DNA of 64,000 nucleotides from assembly GCF_009914755.1 (NCBI RefSeq), contig NC_060941.1, one strand, 5' to 3'. The position numbers and the translations under genes were made by a program. The notes under the pieces were generated by a model. It saw nothing but the letters and a program-made list of their open reading frames with translations. It did not search any database and was not told the origin of the DNA. This document shows positions 1 through 14,060 of the stretch, piece by piece (position 1 is the first letter of the stretch; every line of letters begins with the position of its first letter). The stretch comes from the human T2T-CHM13v2.0 reference genome, Homo sapiens.

Positions 1-1143
1 GTGGAAGTGGTAGGGTCTCTGAGTTTTACAGAACTGTGTTTTCCTACCCAAATGGGTGGAATGAAAAGAAGAACTCCTGGAGTCCTGAGGGACTTTTTTG
101 GGTGTGGAGCCAAGGGTGGCAGAGCTATTTGGGAGCCCACCTTCTCGCTGTCCTGTACTCTGAGAGCCAGAAGAATCCCCAGATTTTCTGGTCTGCGCTC
201 TTTTTTTGCTGATGGAGAAATGAGAACCAGGGAAGTGACTGGCTCTCCTGTATTACACATAGTCTTGAGCCGAGATTGAAGCTGGGTTTAGTATTTACTC
301 CTAGTACTTGGAGAGTTGTGTGGTATCGGGGCTGTGAAGAGGCCAGAGAAGTTGTATGTTGAGCATATTGAGGGATAGAACCCCAGAGTTGGCAGCGTTG
401 GTGGGCCCATGGTGGAGGGCTGCTGCCCTTTCATGGCCATGGCAGGATGCTTCTAGAACTGAGTCTGCAGGCTGAGCCACAAGGTAGTAGGGAGCTGATT
501 AGCTCTAAAGATTTCCTGTGGTTTTGATGCTGAACTTGTGCCCCTTAGGGAATTGCCTTGATCTCATGGTGGAGGTCCTTGTTCTGGTACATACAGCCCA
601 CACAGTGCATGGCACACGGGAATGCCTTTAATGTTGTCTTATATAGTAGTGCCTCCTGGTACTCCCGATGTTTGGTCTTGTTTTGCTCTAATGCCTTGGT
701 GTTTAGCATTTGGAAATGCTGGTTAATTATGTGTGAGGCAGCGGGTGGTGGCTCCCCATTTGTGTCATGTGTTTGACAAATGGTCCTTTATTCCACTGGC
801 CTCTTGATTCCCTTGCTGAAGAATCCCAGGGTGGGCTAGGGGTGGCGTGAGGGGGTGGGGTAGCTAGAGGGAGGAGAGATGATCAGGGTGTAGAGTGCTG
901 GAGGCTCAGGGGAGACGAATAATGGAGGCTTTGTGGTGTTCCATTATTAATGAGGGGAAGAGTGTCCTGGCCAGCTTTAAAACCTGAGCTTTTGAGGTTC
1001 GGGGAGCTGAGGCTGAGGGATGGGGTGGGGGTGATAACAACCAAACGTGTCGGTGCTGGAGTTGCAGGGAGAGACTCCCATTCTGATTTCTCCTTCTCCA
1101 GCTACCCTAATTACCTTTCTTCTCTACCTTTGTTCTTTTTTAG

Positions 1144-1281
<138 letters not shown>

Positions 1282-3205
1282 GTGGCCATGGTGAAGGTGT
1301 CAGTGGCGGCGGCAGCGATGGCAAGCAGGCGGCGTTGCTGGGACTGTTTTGCACTGGAGCCAGCATCAGGATGTCCTCTCCAATGGCTGTGCTACTGCAT
1401 GGACTGTATACTCGATTTCATGTGTATGTCGCAGTAAACAAAACCAAACCTCTTTCTGTTTAGTTGCCTGGGGGAAGAAGGCTGCTTTATGTTTATTTTT
1501 CAAGACTTTAAAAATATTTTTTGGTTGTATTGCACTAGGAAATCTCTCCCACCTCTCCCTTTTCTCTTTCTTTCCCTATACAAAATAAAAGGCCCACCAT
1601 AGAGACTAGGCGGCCGAAAGACTAGGAGGGCTGAGGAAAAGAAATAGGTCTCTGGAGGTGGAACTAAAACTGTGCAGCTGCCTCTTCCTGGCGGTGGATG
1701 CTGCTTTGGGAGGGCCAGGGAGGCTGCAGGGGGACAGTGTTGGGATTGTCAAGGAAAAAGGGGTAGGAAGGAAGGTGGAGGGATTGATCTAGTACCAGGG
1801 AGAATATTCCACTGAACTGTGATTCTATGGCTTGGGGCGGAGGGTGGGGTGGGGATGCCTTCTTTAGGGGCCCTGAGATGTGTTTGTCTGTGGTGTGTGG
1901 GAGTGGGGAGCAGATTTGTCTTGCTGTCTTTGTCAGAATTTCTAAGTAAGGGCTGTGTCTTTGTGGATTACCTTCTTTTGTTCTTCCTGCCAGAGATCAT
2001 GACAGGAGGATGCTGGGGTAGGATTAGCTTGAATCTTTTTTTTCTTTACATTTTTCTCCTGTCTGCTCCCTGCTTAGCCCTCAGTTTCCTCATTCCTCTG
2101 GAGTTCTCTTAGAGCAGCCCCTGTTGTTAGTTGGCTGGCAAGGGAATTTCTGGTGACTGTAGTTCCTTAGTTAGGTCTTAGCAATCAAACCAAATTGATG
2201 TCTCCCTTGACTCTTCTGTGTATATGTGTGAATATGTGTGTATATGTGTGTGTATGTGTGTGTGGGGTTTGGGGTAGAAGGGAGGGAGGGGGCAGGACAG
2301 TGTGGAATCTCTAGGGTGTATGGGTAGGTAGGGGGCACAGTTAGTTCTAAGTGGGCTTTTATGCTAAAAGCCTCTGGGGATATCTGTTTTGAAAATAAAG
2401 ATAGGTGTCCCCTCCTTGCTGTCATCTAGCCCAGACACTCTGCTTGCTCTCTGGCTGTCTGCTCCCTGGGAAGGCTTTAGGAGGACCACCCAGGACAGGA
2501 TGACCATGCTGCCATCTGCTCTGGAGCTGGGTCTCAGTGCAGAGGGACAGTGACTGTGGATGGTTGCAGTCTCTGGTGGGAGGTGAGGATAGAAGTGATA
2601 AAGAGCTAAGAGGAGCTTCTGGGAGCCTTGGAGGAGGTCAGTCTTGCAGTGGTGAAGCCAGGACATAGGAGATGGAGCAGGGCTGTGAGAGGAGGAGATT
2701 CTGAGGAGGATGCAGGGGAAATCTTGTCTGTTAATGAAATAGGAGTGGGGTGGGGTTTGGGGTGGGGTGGTCATTGCCGTTTGAGCTGCTGATTTTCATG
2801 AGTCGCCTTCAAAACTCTCGTGTAGGGTTGACAATGTGGGGGGGTGGGGGATCCAGCTTATTCTTTTATTTTCAAGTCCATTCTTGGGGCTGGTGGGGAG
2901 GCAGGAGAATACCCCTCCCTAAGCCCTTAGTGTGTGCCGAGCTTGCTTTGTGATGTTGGCAGGGGAGGGGAGACCTGGGTGGTGACTGAGTTCCCTTTAT
3001 CAAACCCTTCAGTGGGCACAAAATTGAGTGCTTGATTTTAGGTTTTATTTTTTTATGAATGTCCAAATCTGTGTTTCCCCCTGCCCTCCCAGACTGTGTG
3101 GCCAGTTGAAAGTGTCTGGTTTGTGTTCATCTCTCCCTCATTTCTGGAGCAGGGCCTGAGACCCTGCCACATCTCCTATGCTCTGCATCCACGCCTCTTT
3201 TGGAC

Positions 3206-3211
3206 ATTAAA
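3206..3211 (+). terminator. Candidate poly(A) signal ATTAAA
   Basis: ATTAAA followed about 25 nt later by GT/T-rich TGTTTGGGTCTCTTTGGGG. Confidence 0.55.
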
Positions 3212-4879
3212 GGTTGATTGATGCACCTCTGCACTGTTTGGGTCTCTTTGGGGATGAGGGGTTGGCATGGTGGCAGTGGTGCCACACAGTGGGTGAGGGT
3301 GGAGAGTCTCCAGGGTGGAATAGAATGGGGACTGAAGGGAAGACCAGCCACTAGATACTGATTGGCCTGTAGCAGCACTTATTTGTGCCTAGGCTTATGC
3401 CCCTTAAGTAGAGGAAAACTAACCAGCAGCACTCACCCTTAAGGGCTCCTGGGTTCTGCCTTCCTTGGTGGTGATGGCCAGGTGAATCATATTTTGTGTC
3501 TTTGGGATAGTAACTGCTACCTTCCCAGCTGCCGTCATGGACCTGCCTGAGCTTTGCTGCTTCAACTTTTGCCCAAAGCTCTTATCTTTCATACTCCTCC
3601 CTTCTCGGCTTTCCTGAACCTGGAGACTATTTAGCAAAGGGTCTGGCCACTCAGAAATGGAAAGCTGGGGATATTTAGAAAGATGGCACCTCTTTTGGTG
3701 GAACCTAAGTGATTCTCTGAATCCTCTGTTGCCCAGACACACAACTCGAGAAATCAGCAGTGCCAAGACTTCTGAGAGTGTCTGCCCACCCCTGACTCCA
3801 CCATCGTGTGACTGCAATTCTCTTGGAGGTGTTAGGGAGCCAGAGGTGCTTTGCCCTCTTTGTGTTACTATTTCTTTACTCAAAAATATTTAAGAGTTCT
3901 TGTATGCTTGGGCCTAGGATGCTGTTCACAGAGGAGAATGAGACAAGTAAGTTCTAGGCTTCTATGACATACACATTCTTATGTGTAGAGCAGACATACA
4001 CACACTGATCAACTTTTTCCAATAGTGATAAATGTGTTATCAAGGAAATGAACTGGGCAATGAGCTATTGAGTGTTGGAGGTAGGTAGATAGGGTTCCTC
4101 CAGTTAGGAAGGTGGTTGGCTGATCTTGGGGAGAAGTTCTACCTCTGGGGCAGTGAGGTCCTAAGGGATTAAGTTGAGAGACTCTAGAGCCCCAACTTCT
4201 GTTACTGCTTTAGCTGTCGTGAGTAATTTGACAGAGCTGGAGCTTTGGGAGGGAGAGTGAGGCCACAGTTCACATTTCATCAGGGATGAGTGTCTCCAGG
4301 GCCAAAGCTCATCTACTTTCTTCCCTGATGAAAGAGGCAGTCCAGGTGGCATCTGTGAACAACACATTCCTGCACAGGTAGGTGCACAGTGCTCATCTGG
4401 AAGACTAATCCTGCAGGGCTTCCTGGAGGAGATGAGCCTCCACTTTTCGGGGCCCAGGATGGGAAAGTATGTGAGCATGTGTCACTGAAGGGACTGTGGA
4501 AAGCAGATGGAAATTGTGGAATTCTCTCGGAACAATGCAGCCATTATTAGAACTGTGCCCATAGGAGCATCAATATCCCTGCTCCTTGTATCCTGTTCTC
4601 CAGTCTTCTGGGGACCCCCTTTGACTGAACCCAACCAAATGGCAGATGACAAGGCAGACCCAGGATGCAGTCTGTAGGGTTCAGTCCCCCTCCCCACTGG
4701 GAACAGCAGGAAAGGGCAAGGTGGTGACAATCTAAGGGAGGCAAATGGATAATAACCAGCATGGTAGGGAATCTTCTTTGTTGCTGTGGCACTGTCGATC
4801 TCTGTTCCCTGAACTCTAGTGTCCTCCAGACTAGATTTAAGGTGTGGTTCCCCGCTAAATTATTCTCTCACCTCCTTTC

Positions 4880-5150
4880 AGTCTTTGCTCAAACATCCTT
4901 TTATCAGAGAGGCTTTCTGACATCCTGTGCAAGATAGCACCTCTCCCCCATCGCTGTTATCCTTACCCAGTTTAATTCCACGTAGCATCTGCCAACGCTT
5001 GACATATTTGTTTTTTGTTTACTTTCTGGCCTGTGACAACTAGAATATAAGCTCTGTGAGAGCATTTTTCTCTTAACTGCTTATCTTCAAGTAAACAGAA
5101 CAGTGCCTGTCCTGTAGGAAGTGTTTGATACATACAGATTGCTCAAATGA
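4880..5150 (+). mobile_element. L2 LINE 3' fragment
   Basis: Degenerate L2 3' motifs (TAGAATATAAGCTCTGTGAG, GAACAGTGCCTG). Confidence 0.6.
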
Positions 5151-6129
5151 AAAAAGAAGGGTGCGAGCAAGCCTGGACAGGCCTGGTGCCCCAGGGCAGC
5201 CTTGCCTTTTCTGAAGAGAATGGCTGCCTTAGGCACGGCTCTCCTTGCTGCCCAAGCCTTGCCACCTTGAAAGGCGTGAGAGGGTCACTCCCAGGTGTAT
5301 TCAAGCAAGAGTGCCTGAGCCACTCTTGCTTGGCAGTATGGGAGGATGAAATAGTGTGTTCATAAAGTGCATTTTATTTTTAAAGCATTTCAGTTTATGT
5401 TGCTGAAACCTGAGAGCGCCCCCCTGAGCTAGACTCAGTAATCATTAGACACATTTTTGGATAAGCAAACTGAATCAGAGAAGGTGAGTGGCAAAGCCCA
5501 TGTAGCTGGTGGCATTACTAGAACTTAGCACTGTGATGCACAAAGGCTTAACTGGGTTTGGCAGCAAGGGTCTCATGGATACTCTTTAAGATGTAGGCCC
5601 AGATCTCTTAGTAGTGAATCCCTGATGTTCCCTCTCTTGGGGCTCTGGTTTAGCAAGGACAGCGAGGATACTTTCCTCTCTCCCTCCTCCTTACTCCTCT
5701 CTACTAAGGATTAAGGAGCCACCTCTTCCTCCTTAAGGCCTTTGGGAGAGATGGGTCTCCTGGTATTAGAAAGGAGAGCAGACGCCTAGAGTTCTGACCT
5801 CTTGGGCCTCCCCTAAACAAAAAGCATAGCCCCTTCACTACCCTAGTAACAAGTATGACCTGTTGCCTGTTGAGGTCAGGTGTACCTGTGTGTCTCTCTC
5901 TGTGATGTATGTGGGCTTGGTGTCCACATCAATGTGCGTGAATACTCCTACCCACAGACTGCTACTGTGCCAATATAGAGGTTCATAAGAAAGATAAAAG
6001 AGAACCAGCAGAACCCCAGGTTCTGCCTCTCCTTCCTCCCTTTGCCCAGATAAAGGTGTACAGTGTTTGTGGTGAGGCTGCTGGACACTGCTGTTTTGGG
6101 CTTTCTAGAGAGAATGCAAACATGCAAAA

Positions 6130-6330
6130 ACAGTGTGGTAGTGTAGGCAGAACAAGATCTAGAATCAGAAGACCTGGAGTCGAATCTCAGCTCCAACACC
6201 CACTGGATGAACGTGGACAAGCTGCTTGATCTCTCAGATCCTCGATTTCTTCATCTGTAAGATGGAAACAATATGTGTCTTTTCTAAGGGGAAAGATCAA
6301 ATGACATCATGTATGTGAAAATGCTTAGAA
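6130..6330 (+). mobile_element. MIR SINE
   Basis: CAGTGTGGTAGTG...AGACCTGGAGTCGAATCTCAGCTCC...TTCTTCATCTGTAAGATGG core. Confidence 0.75.
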
Positions 6331-6635
6331 ATGGGTGATGATGATGATGATGATACTGATTATTAGGGTATCTAATAAAGTTGGGGAAAGAACAAAATCC
6401 CCCCCTCACACCCTATTGCACCACCAGCCTTCTCCCTCCCTGCTCAATTATACCCATGTTATAGGGAAGGAAATAGGGAAGAAACTTGTCTAAGGTCACA
6501 TGGATGTTCGCAACAATTGGGATGCAGAACTTGATCTGACTCCCAGGCCAGGTTTGATTTTGATTTGCAGTGGCAGAGAGGACTAATTTTTTACTAGGTT
6601 CTGAGCCCTGTACTGAACTCTGGATTGCCCTGTAC

Positions 6636-7100
6636 TTGGTGGTGGTATACAGTTCAGCAGTTTTTAGCATATACACGAATTTGTGCAGCCATAACCACTA
6701 TCTAATTCTAGAACATTTTTATCACCCCCAAAAGAAATCATGTACCCATTTGCAGTCACTTGCCATTCCCTCTTCTCCCCAGCCCTGGGAAACCACTGAC
6801 CTACCTTATATCTCTATGAATTTGCCTAATCTGGACATTTCATATAAATGCAATTGTACATGTGGCCTTTTGTTTCTGGCTTCTTTCACTTAGCATGTTT
6901 TCAAGGTTCATTTGTGCTGTAGCATTTATCAGTACTTTGTTCCTTTTTCTAGCTGAGTAACGTGTGGGTATATCACATTTTGTTTATTCATCTGTTGAGG
7001 GATGTTTGGGTTGTTTCTACTTTTTGACTATTGTGATTAGTGCTGCTATGAACATTGATGTACAGATTTTTGTGTAGATATGTTTTCAATTATCTTGGGG
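6636..7100 (-). mobile_element. Old L1M (L1MB/ME-type) 3' fragment
   Basis: Antisense L1M 3'UTR motifs (CTGGACATTTCATATAAATG, GGTTCATTTGTGCTGTAGC, GCTGCTATGAACATT). Confidence 0.75.
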
Positions 7101-7146
7101 CATCTTTTATTTTTAATGTCAGTTTTCTATTTTTAAAAAATCTAGA

Positions 7147-7361
7147 CAGGTTGGCAAATCATTTCTGTAAAGAGTCAGTAAATATTTTAGCCTTTGTGGT
7201 CCATGACATTAGGTATACAGATTACAATTTCTGAACTCTGCCATTCCAGTGTGAGAGCAGCCATAGATAATATGTAAACAAATGAGCATGGCTATGTTCC
7301 AATAAAACTTTTAAAAAGCAGGGGACAGATTGGGCCTGTGGACCATAGTATACCAACCCTT
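7147..7361. mobile_element. MER58A-type hAT-Charlie non-autonomous DNA transposon
   Basis: CAGGTTGGCAAA...CCAACCCT termini; 8-bp TSD AATCTAGA (7139-7146) / AATCTAAA (7362-7369). Confidence 0.8.
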
Positions 7362-7518
7362 AATCTAAATGACACATTCACATGATACATTATTCTAAAG
7401 GCACAAAAAGCAAAAATTCTCCCTCCCACCTCTGTCTTCCAGCTACGGGGTTACCTTCCTTGAAGCAGTTAATGTTATGAGATTTTGTGTCTCCTTTTAG
7501 ACACAGTTAATAATGAGC

Positions 7519-7524
7519 ATTAAA
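7519..7524 (+). terminator. Candidate distal poly(A) signal ATTAAA
   Basis: ATTAAA, CA about 20 nt downstream, then TGTGTTG. Confidence 0.45.
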
Positions 7525-7793
7525 GTGGCTATATACTATTCCAATGTGTTGCAGATAGTTTAGTCAACACAAAAGAACGGACATATCTGAGGGTACACCC
7601 TAAAAGTCCTTGAGGAACAGAACCCTAAAAGAGAGAACACCTGCCTAATCTGACTCCTCCATCAGAATAATCTTTTGAACTCCTGAGATTTGCCCAGTCA
7701 TTTTGGGGCCATGTCTGATGAAAGCTTGGTGATCCCTTTTGGGTCAAAAACAAGCTCTGACTGAAGAGATGCAAGATTTTCTCAGATGATTTG

Positions 7794-8221
7794 TGTGTCA
7801 GTCAGAGTTCCGCCAGAGAAACACAACCAGTAGGATATATTCTATCTTGTCTGTCTTCATATCCATGTATCTGTCATCTACCTAGATTTAATGCAAGGAA
7901 TTGGTTTATGCAGTTGTAGGGGCTGGCTAGGCAAATCCAAAATCCACAGGGCAGGCCGTGTGGAAGGGAGGTCTGGAAACTCTCAGACAAGACCTGACAT
8001 TGCAGTCCACTGGAATTTCTCCTTCTTCAGGGAAACCTCAGCTTTCAACGGAGTGGATCAGACCCAACCATATTATCCAGGATAATCTCCTTTACATAAA
8101 GTTAACTGATTGTAGATGTAAATTACATTTACAAGATACCTTCATAGCAACACCTAGGTCAGTTTTTGAATAACTGGGTATTATAGCATAGCCAGGTCAA
8201 CACGTAAAATTGATCACCACA
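7794..8221 (-). mobile_element. MLT2-type LTR (3' LTR of an ERVL provirus)
   Basis: TG...CA termini; TGTGTCAGTCAGAGTTC..AGAGAAAC end typical of MLT2; abuts ERVL internal sequence. Confidence 0.8.
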
Positions 8222-9762
8222 GTCCATGTCTTGTTAACTTGGCACCTGTACACATTTCCTTAAACCATTTAATCTCCCAATAAAGACAATAACAAAGTAA
8301 AACTTCTGCCTATCATGACACAGCTAATCTGTGTACAACTGAAAATATGCTCTTTTCCTGGGAGAGAATTCACAGTCCTTGACTGGTGTTCACTTTTATC
8401 CTTGATAATCCAGTAACTTTAATAATATTATGTAAATGTAGCTATTTTAATAAATTTTATGTTAGATGACAAGGGGATAAGAGAGGGAAGAAAAAATACA
8501 TAAACACAAACATTCATAACAAAACAATGAATACTCATAATAATTATAGTACTAACTTCTGCAACTGTTCACATGATGTGTTTTATAACTACCGGTGTTA
8601 CAAAATTACTGGTTATAGCTGGTATGTGTAACTACTTTCCTTCACGACTTATTCCATATTTTCTTTGCCTTCCTCATGAAACTCAGAGCTGGTTGTGGTT
8701 CTTTGCCTGGTGGGAGGGCCCCAAACTTTCATTCCTGAAGGGTCTGGGAAATTAGAAGTCTTACCTGCATTGGTTTATTATAGTTTTCCACTGGTTTTAA
8801 TCACCATAGGGCATGGTAGTACTACGAGATGACCTAAGGGATCTCTCGTATTCCAGACATAACTTTTCTTCCTTTCATTGTTTAGTAGCAGCCTAATTTC
8901 CCTTTGGTAGTCAGGAGGAATCACCCTAGCCAGTGGAGTAATTCTTCATTGCAAAATGACCCATGGCAGTCTTAACTTCCAGTTCAGTGAAATAATTGTG
9001 ACTCCTGGTGAAAGCATTCCTCCCTTTGGAATGAAGACCTCCAGATCAGCAAAGCATAAAGCCACAGGGATGGGAAGCAAAGATTTACCAGTGGACCACT
9101 AGGGGTAATAGTGAGTTGTGGGTGCCGTTTCATTTCTGCTACTGATCCCTGGAACCATGAATCCTAGCTATGCGACAAATAGTACCATATGTGGGATGCT
9201 GAGTTGGAGTATATATGGTCTCCTGAAGGACATTGTCTCAACCCTGCAAGGTGTTGCGACCGAGCTGGCACTGTAACTAGATCTTCAAAAGGCCATTCCG
9301 CCTTTCTATCAAGCCAGCTGCTTCGGTATGATGGAGAACATGGTAAGCCATGAGCACGGGCCCATTGCTGTACTTCACTTGCTGTGAAATGAGTTTATTC
9401 ATCAAAAGCACTGCTGTGTGGAAAAAGTGGTGGTGGATAAGGCATTCTGGAAGTCCATAGATGATAGTTTTGGCAGAGCATTAAATGCAGGGAAAGTAAA
9501 TCCAAATCTAGACTGTCTGTTCCAGTAAGAACAAAGTGTTGCCCTTTCATGATGGAAGGAGTCCAATCAACCTGCCACAAGGTGGCTGGCTGATCACCCC
9601 AGGGAATGTTGCTGCAGCTCAGTATTGGTGTCTGCTGCTGGCAGATTGGCAGATTGGGCACTCAGCAGTGGCTGTACTCAGACTGGCCTTAGTGAGTGGA
9701 AGTCCATGTTGCTGAGCACCTGAATACCTTCCATCCCTGCCACCATGTCCACTTTTCCAGAT
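8222..9762 (-). mobile_element. ERVL internal remnant with degenerate integrase
   Basis: Minus-strand peptides SGHGGRDGRYSGAQQHGLPLTKASLSTATAECPICQ (HHCC zinc finger) and PICQQQ..GDQPATLWQVD..KGQHFVLTGTD (core), frameshifted. Confidence 0.85.
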
Positions 9763-10296
9763 TCCTATAGAAATGAAATTGTACAGTAGGTAATTCTTTG
9801 GGGCTTTGGTTTTTTTTTCACTCAGCATAATTATTTTGAGATTCATCCATGTTGTTTTTCTGTGTATCATAGTTCCTTTTTAAAATTGCTGAGTAGTATT
9901 CAATTGTATGGATATACTAAAGTATATTTGTTCCTCAATTAAAGGACATTTGGGTTTCCATTTTGGCAATTATGAATAAAGCTGCTATAAACATTTACAT
10001 ACAGATTTTTGTAGGTTTTTATTTCACTTGGATAAATAACTAGGAGTGGGATTGCTGGATCTTATGGTAAGCATATGTTTAACTTTATAAGAAACTGCCA
10101 AACTATTTTCTAGAATAGCCACACCATTTTGCATTTCCACCAGCAATGTATGGGACTCTCAGTTACTCCTCATTCTCGTCAACACTTGCCATTGTCAGTT
10201 TCTTTTTTAAAAATTTTAGCTATTTGAACAGGATGTGGTGGTATCTAATTGTGGGCTTTTTAAATACCACATTTTTTAATTAAAAAAATTTAAATT

Positions 10297-10590
<294 letters not shown>

Positions 10591-11339
10591 TAAAATTTTA
10601 TTTTTGAATTGACAAATAATAATTATACGTTTTCATGGAGTACATAGTAATGCTTTGATATGTATAATGTGTAGTGATCAGATCAGGGTAATTAGCATAT
10701 CATCATCTCGAACATCATTTCTTTGTATTGGGAACGTACAATATTCTCCTTCTAGCTATTTGAAACTATATATTATTGTTAACTATAGTCATCCTACAGT
10801 GGTATTGAACACTAGAACTTATTCCTCTTATCTAGTTGTAATTTTGTATCCTTTAACAAATCTCTCCCTCTCCTTCCCTTCCCCCACTCATTGTGGTTTT
10901 AATTTACATTTCTCAAGTGACTAATGATGTTGAGCATCTTTTCAAGTGATTATTTGCCATGTATATATCTTTGATTAAGATCTTTTGCTCATCTTTTTAC
11001 TGGGTTGTTTGTTTTCTCAATGTTGAGTTTTAAGAATTCTCCATATTTTCTGGATACATGTCCATTATCAAATATATGATTTGCAAATATTTTCTCTCAA
11101 TTGGTGGCCTGTCTTTTCATTCATTTAACTATCTTTTATATAGCAAAAATGTATTAAATTTTTATGAAGTCCAATTTATTCTCAATTTTCTTTTGGTGTT
11201 ATATTTAAGAACATTTTGCATAACCCAAGGTAGCAGGGATTTTCTCCCATGTTTTTTCTAGGAGTTTTAAAGTTTTACATTTTACGTTTAGATCTATGAT
11301 CCATTTGGAGTTAATTTTTGTATATGATGTAAGGTATGA

Positions 11340-11675
<336 letters not shown>

Positions 11676-11999
11676 TATTTCAAGGATGTAAAATATCCTT
11701 GGCATGAGAAATGCTCATGACATAGGTTAATTAGGAAAATCAACAAAATACAAGAATACACATGTACACACCTTTCAATTTTAACTTTGAAAATAATAAT
11801 GTATAGGTAAATACTTATTCATGATCATTCACATATCTATCTTGTAAACAAATTATAGATATATTCTGCTTTCTAAAAATCCAATCTGTACTTTTCAGCT
11901 GCTGAATTGGGGATAATTTGTTATGTAGCAATATGTGATCAGTTACATTTTCTATTTGTCTCACCTATTTTTCTCCTTTTCTTTGTGGCTTTCTTTTGT

Positions 12000-12318
12000 G
12001 TTGTTTTTGGTTTTGGTTTGGAGTTGTTTTTTTTTTTCTCTTTGAGACAAGGTGTCGCTCCTTCACCCAGGCTGAAGTGCACTGGCATGATCGCAGCACA
12101 CTGTAGCCTCAACCTCCTGTGTTCAAGCCATCTTCCCACCTCAGCCTCCCAAGTAGCTAGGACTACAGGGATGTGCCAAAATGCCTGGCTAATTTTTTTA
12201 CTTTTTGTAGACATGTGGTTTGAGACCCAGACTGGTCTGAAACTCCTGGGCTCAAGCAATCTGCCCATCTCGGCTTTCCAGTGTGCTGGGATTACAGGCG
12301 TGAGCCACTGCGACTAGA
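12000..12318 (-). mobile_element. Alu (J-like)
   Basis: Antisense dimer with T-rich tail. Confidence 0.9.
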
Positions 12319-13595
12319 CTTTCTTTTGAATAGATCAATTTTTTAATCATTCTGTTGTTTTTCTCTGTCATTTTGGAAACTATAAATTATTTTCTTATGT
12401 TTTTAGCAGTTACTCAAAGACAACATATGCATTAATGTATCGATGTCTATAATTAATACCTATATATATAGACCTTAAAAACACTTTTAAACTCCACTTA
12501 TCCCCTTCCAACTTGTACATTTTATGGGATTGTATTATAATTCATATTATTATTGCATTCCACAATTATTTTAGCTCACTTTTTAATTCTTCATTCATTA
12601 TTGCATCTCAAAAGTATATAATTACTTTCATTATTTTTCTTTTGTGAGGTTTATTTCTTTTTTCTTCTCTTTTCCCTTTCACCTTCTCTCCCCTTCTTCC
12701 TTTTGTCTTCATTCCTTTCTTCCTCTCTCTCTGCATATTGTCATCCCATCCAATTGTTTTAATATCATTTCTCAAAAGACTCTTTTTTCTCCATTAAATT
12801 ATCTTTGCATCTTTGTAAAAAATCAGTTGGCCATATTTGTGGATTCCTAGATTTCTATTCTGTTCCATTTATCTATGTGTCTATCCTTTTGCCAATACAA
12901 TACTGTAGCTTTATAGTAAGTCTTGAATTTGAGTAATGTGAATCTTCCAACTTTATCATTATTTTTCAAAATTATTTTAACTATTCTGGTTTCTTTGGCT
13001 TTGCATATAACTTTAAAAATCAGCTTATTTATATTTTAAAAATATCTTGCTGGGATCTTGATTTGAATTGCATTTAATCTATATATCAGTTTGGTGGCAA
13101 TTGATAGCTTCACAATATTATGTTTTCTGATCCGTGAACATGGTATATCTCTCTGTTTATTTGTCTTCTTTGATTTTTTTCCATGACTGTTGTAAAATTT
13201 TCAGCATACAGGTTCTGCACACGTTTTGTTAGATTTATTTCTGAGTATTTCTGAGTTTGATTTCTAAGCATTGCTCTAATAACAAATGCTATTGTTAATA
13301 GTAATTTTATTTTTTTTAAACTACTGATTTCCAATTGTTCAATGTTAGTATACAGAAATATGATTGATATTTGTGTATTAACTTTATATTCTGTGTGTGA
13401 CTGTGCTAATTCACTTTTAATTTCTAGGAGCTTATTTGTACATTCTGTGGAATTTTGTACATATTAAATCATAAATGGAAACAGTTTTATTTCCTTTCTG
13501 TATGCTCTTTTTTTCTTTTCTGCGCTTGCTAGAACTTTCAATATATATTGAATAGGAGTGGTGGGCATGAACATGCAGCTTCTGGATCTTACAGG

Positions 13596-14020
13596 ATGCC
13601 TTAATTCAGGCTTCTATAACAAAAATGCCATTGACCAGGTGGCTTAAACCACAACATTTATTTATCAAAGTTCTGGAGGCTGGGAATTCCAAAATCAAGA
13701 CATTGGCAAATTTGGTGGCTGGTGGGGACTTGCTTCTTGGTTCATGGATGGTTGTCTTCTCCTTGTGTCCTCACATGGCAAGAGTAAGAGCTCTCTGGAG
13801 TCTCTTTTATAAGGGTACTAATCCCATTCATGAGGGCTCTGCTAGAGGTCCCACATTCCAAAGTAGAGCCTTTGCCAGAGCCCTCATGAATCAGGCATTA
13901 GGAGGTGGGGCCTCCTCCCAAAAGTCCCACCTCCTAATCTTATCACATTGAGGGTTAGGATTTCAACATATGAATTTTGAGGGGTGGACACAGTGGGCAC
14001 AACATCTTTTTCTATAGCAA
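13596..14020 (-). mobile_element. MLT1A-type MaLR LTR
   Basis: GTTCTGGAGGCTGGGAA, AAGGGTACTAATCCCATTCATGAGGGC, TTTCAACATATGAATTTTG motifs. Confidence 0.8.
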
Positions 14021-14060
14021 AAAGGAAGCATTCAGTTTTTCAGCATTAAGTATGATGTTT

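Larger units (their letters stand above)
1282..7545 (+). other. DYNLL2: DYNLL2 3'UTR (long, probably alternatively polyadenylated)
   Basis: Follows the stop codon. Candidate signals: AATAAA 1584-1589, 2394-2399, 6374-6379; ATTAAA 3206-3211 and 7519-7524. The distal end is inferred. Confidence 0.6.
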
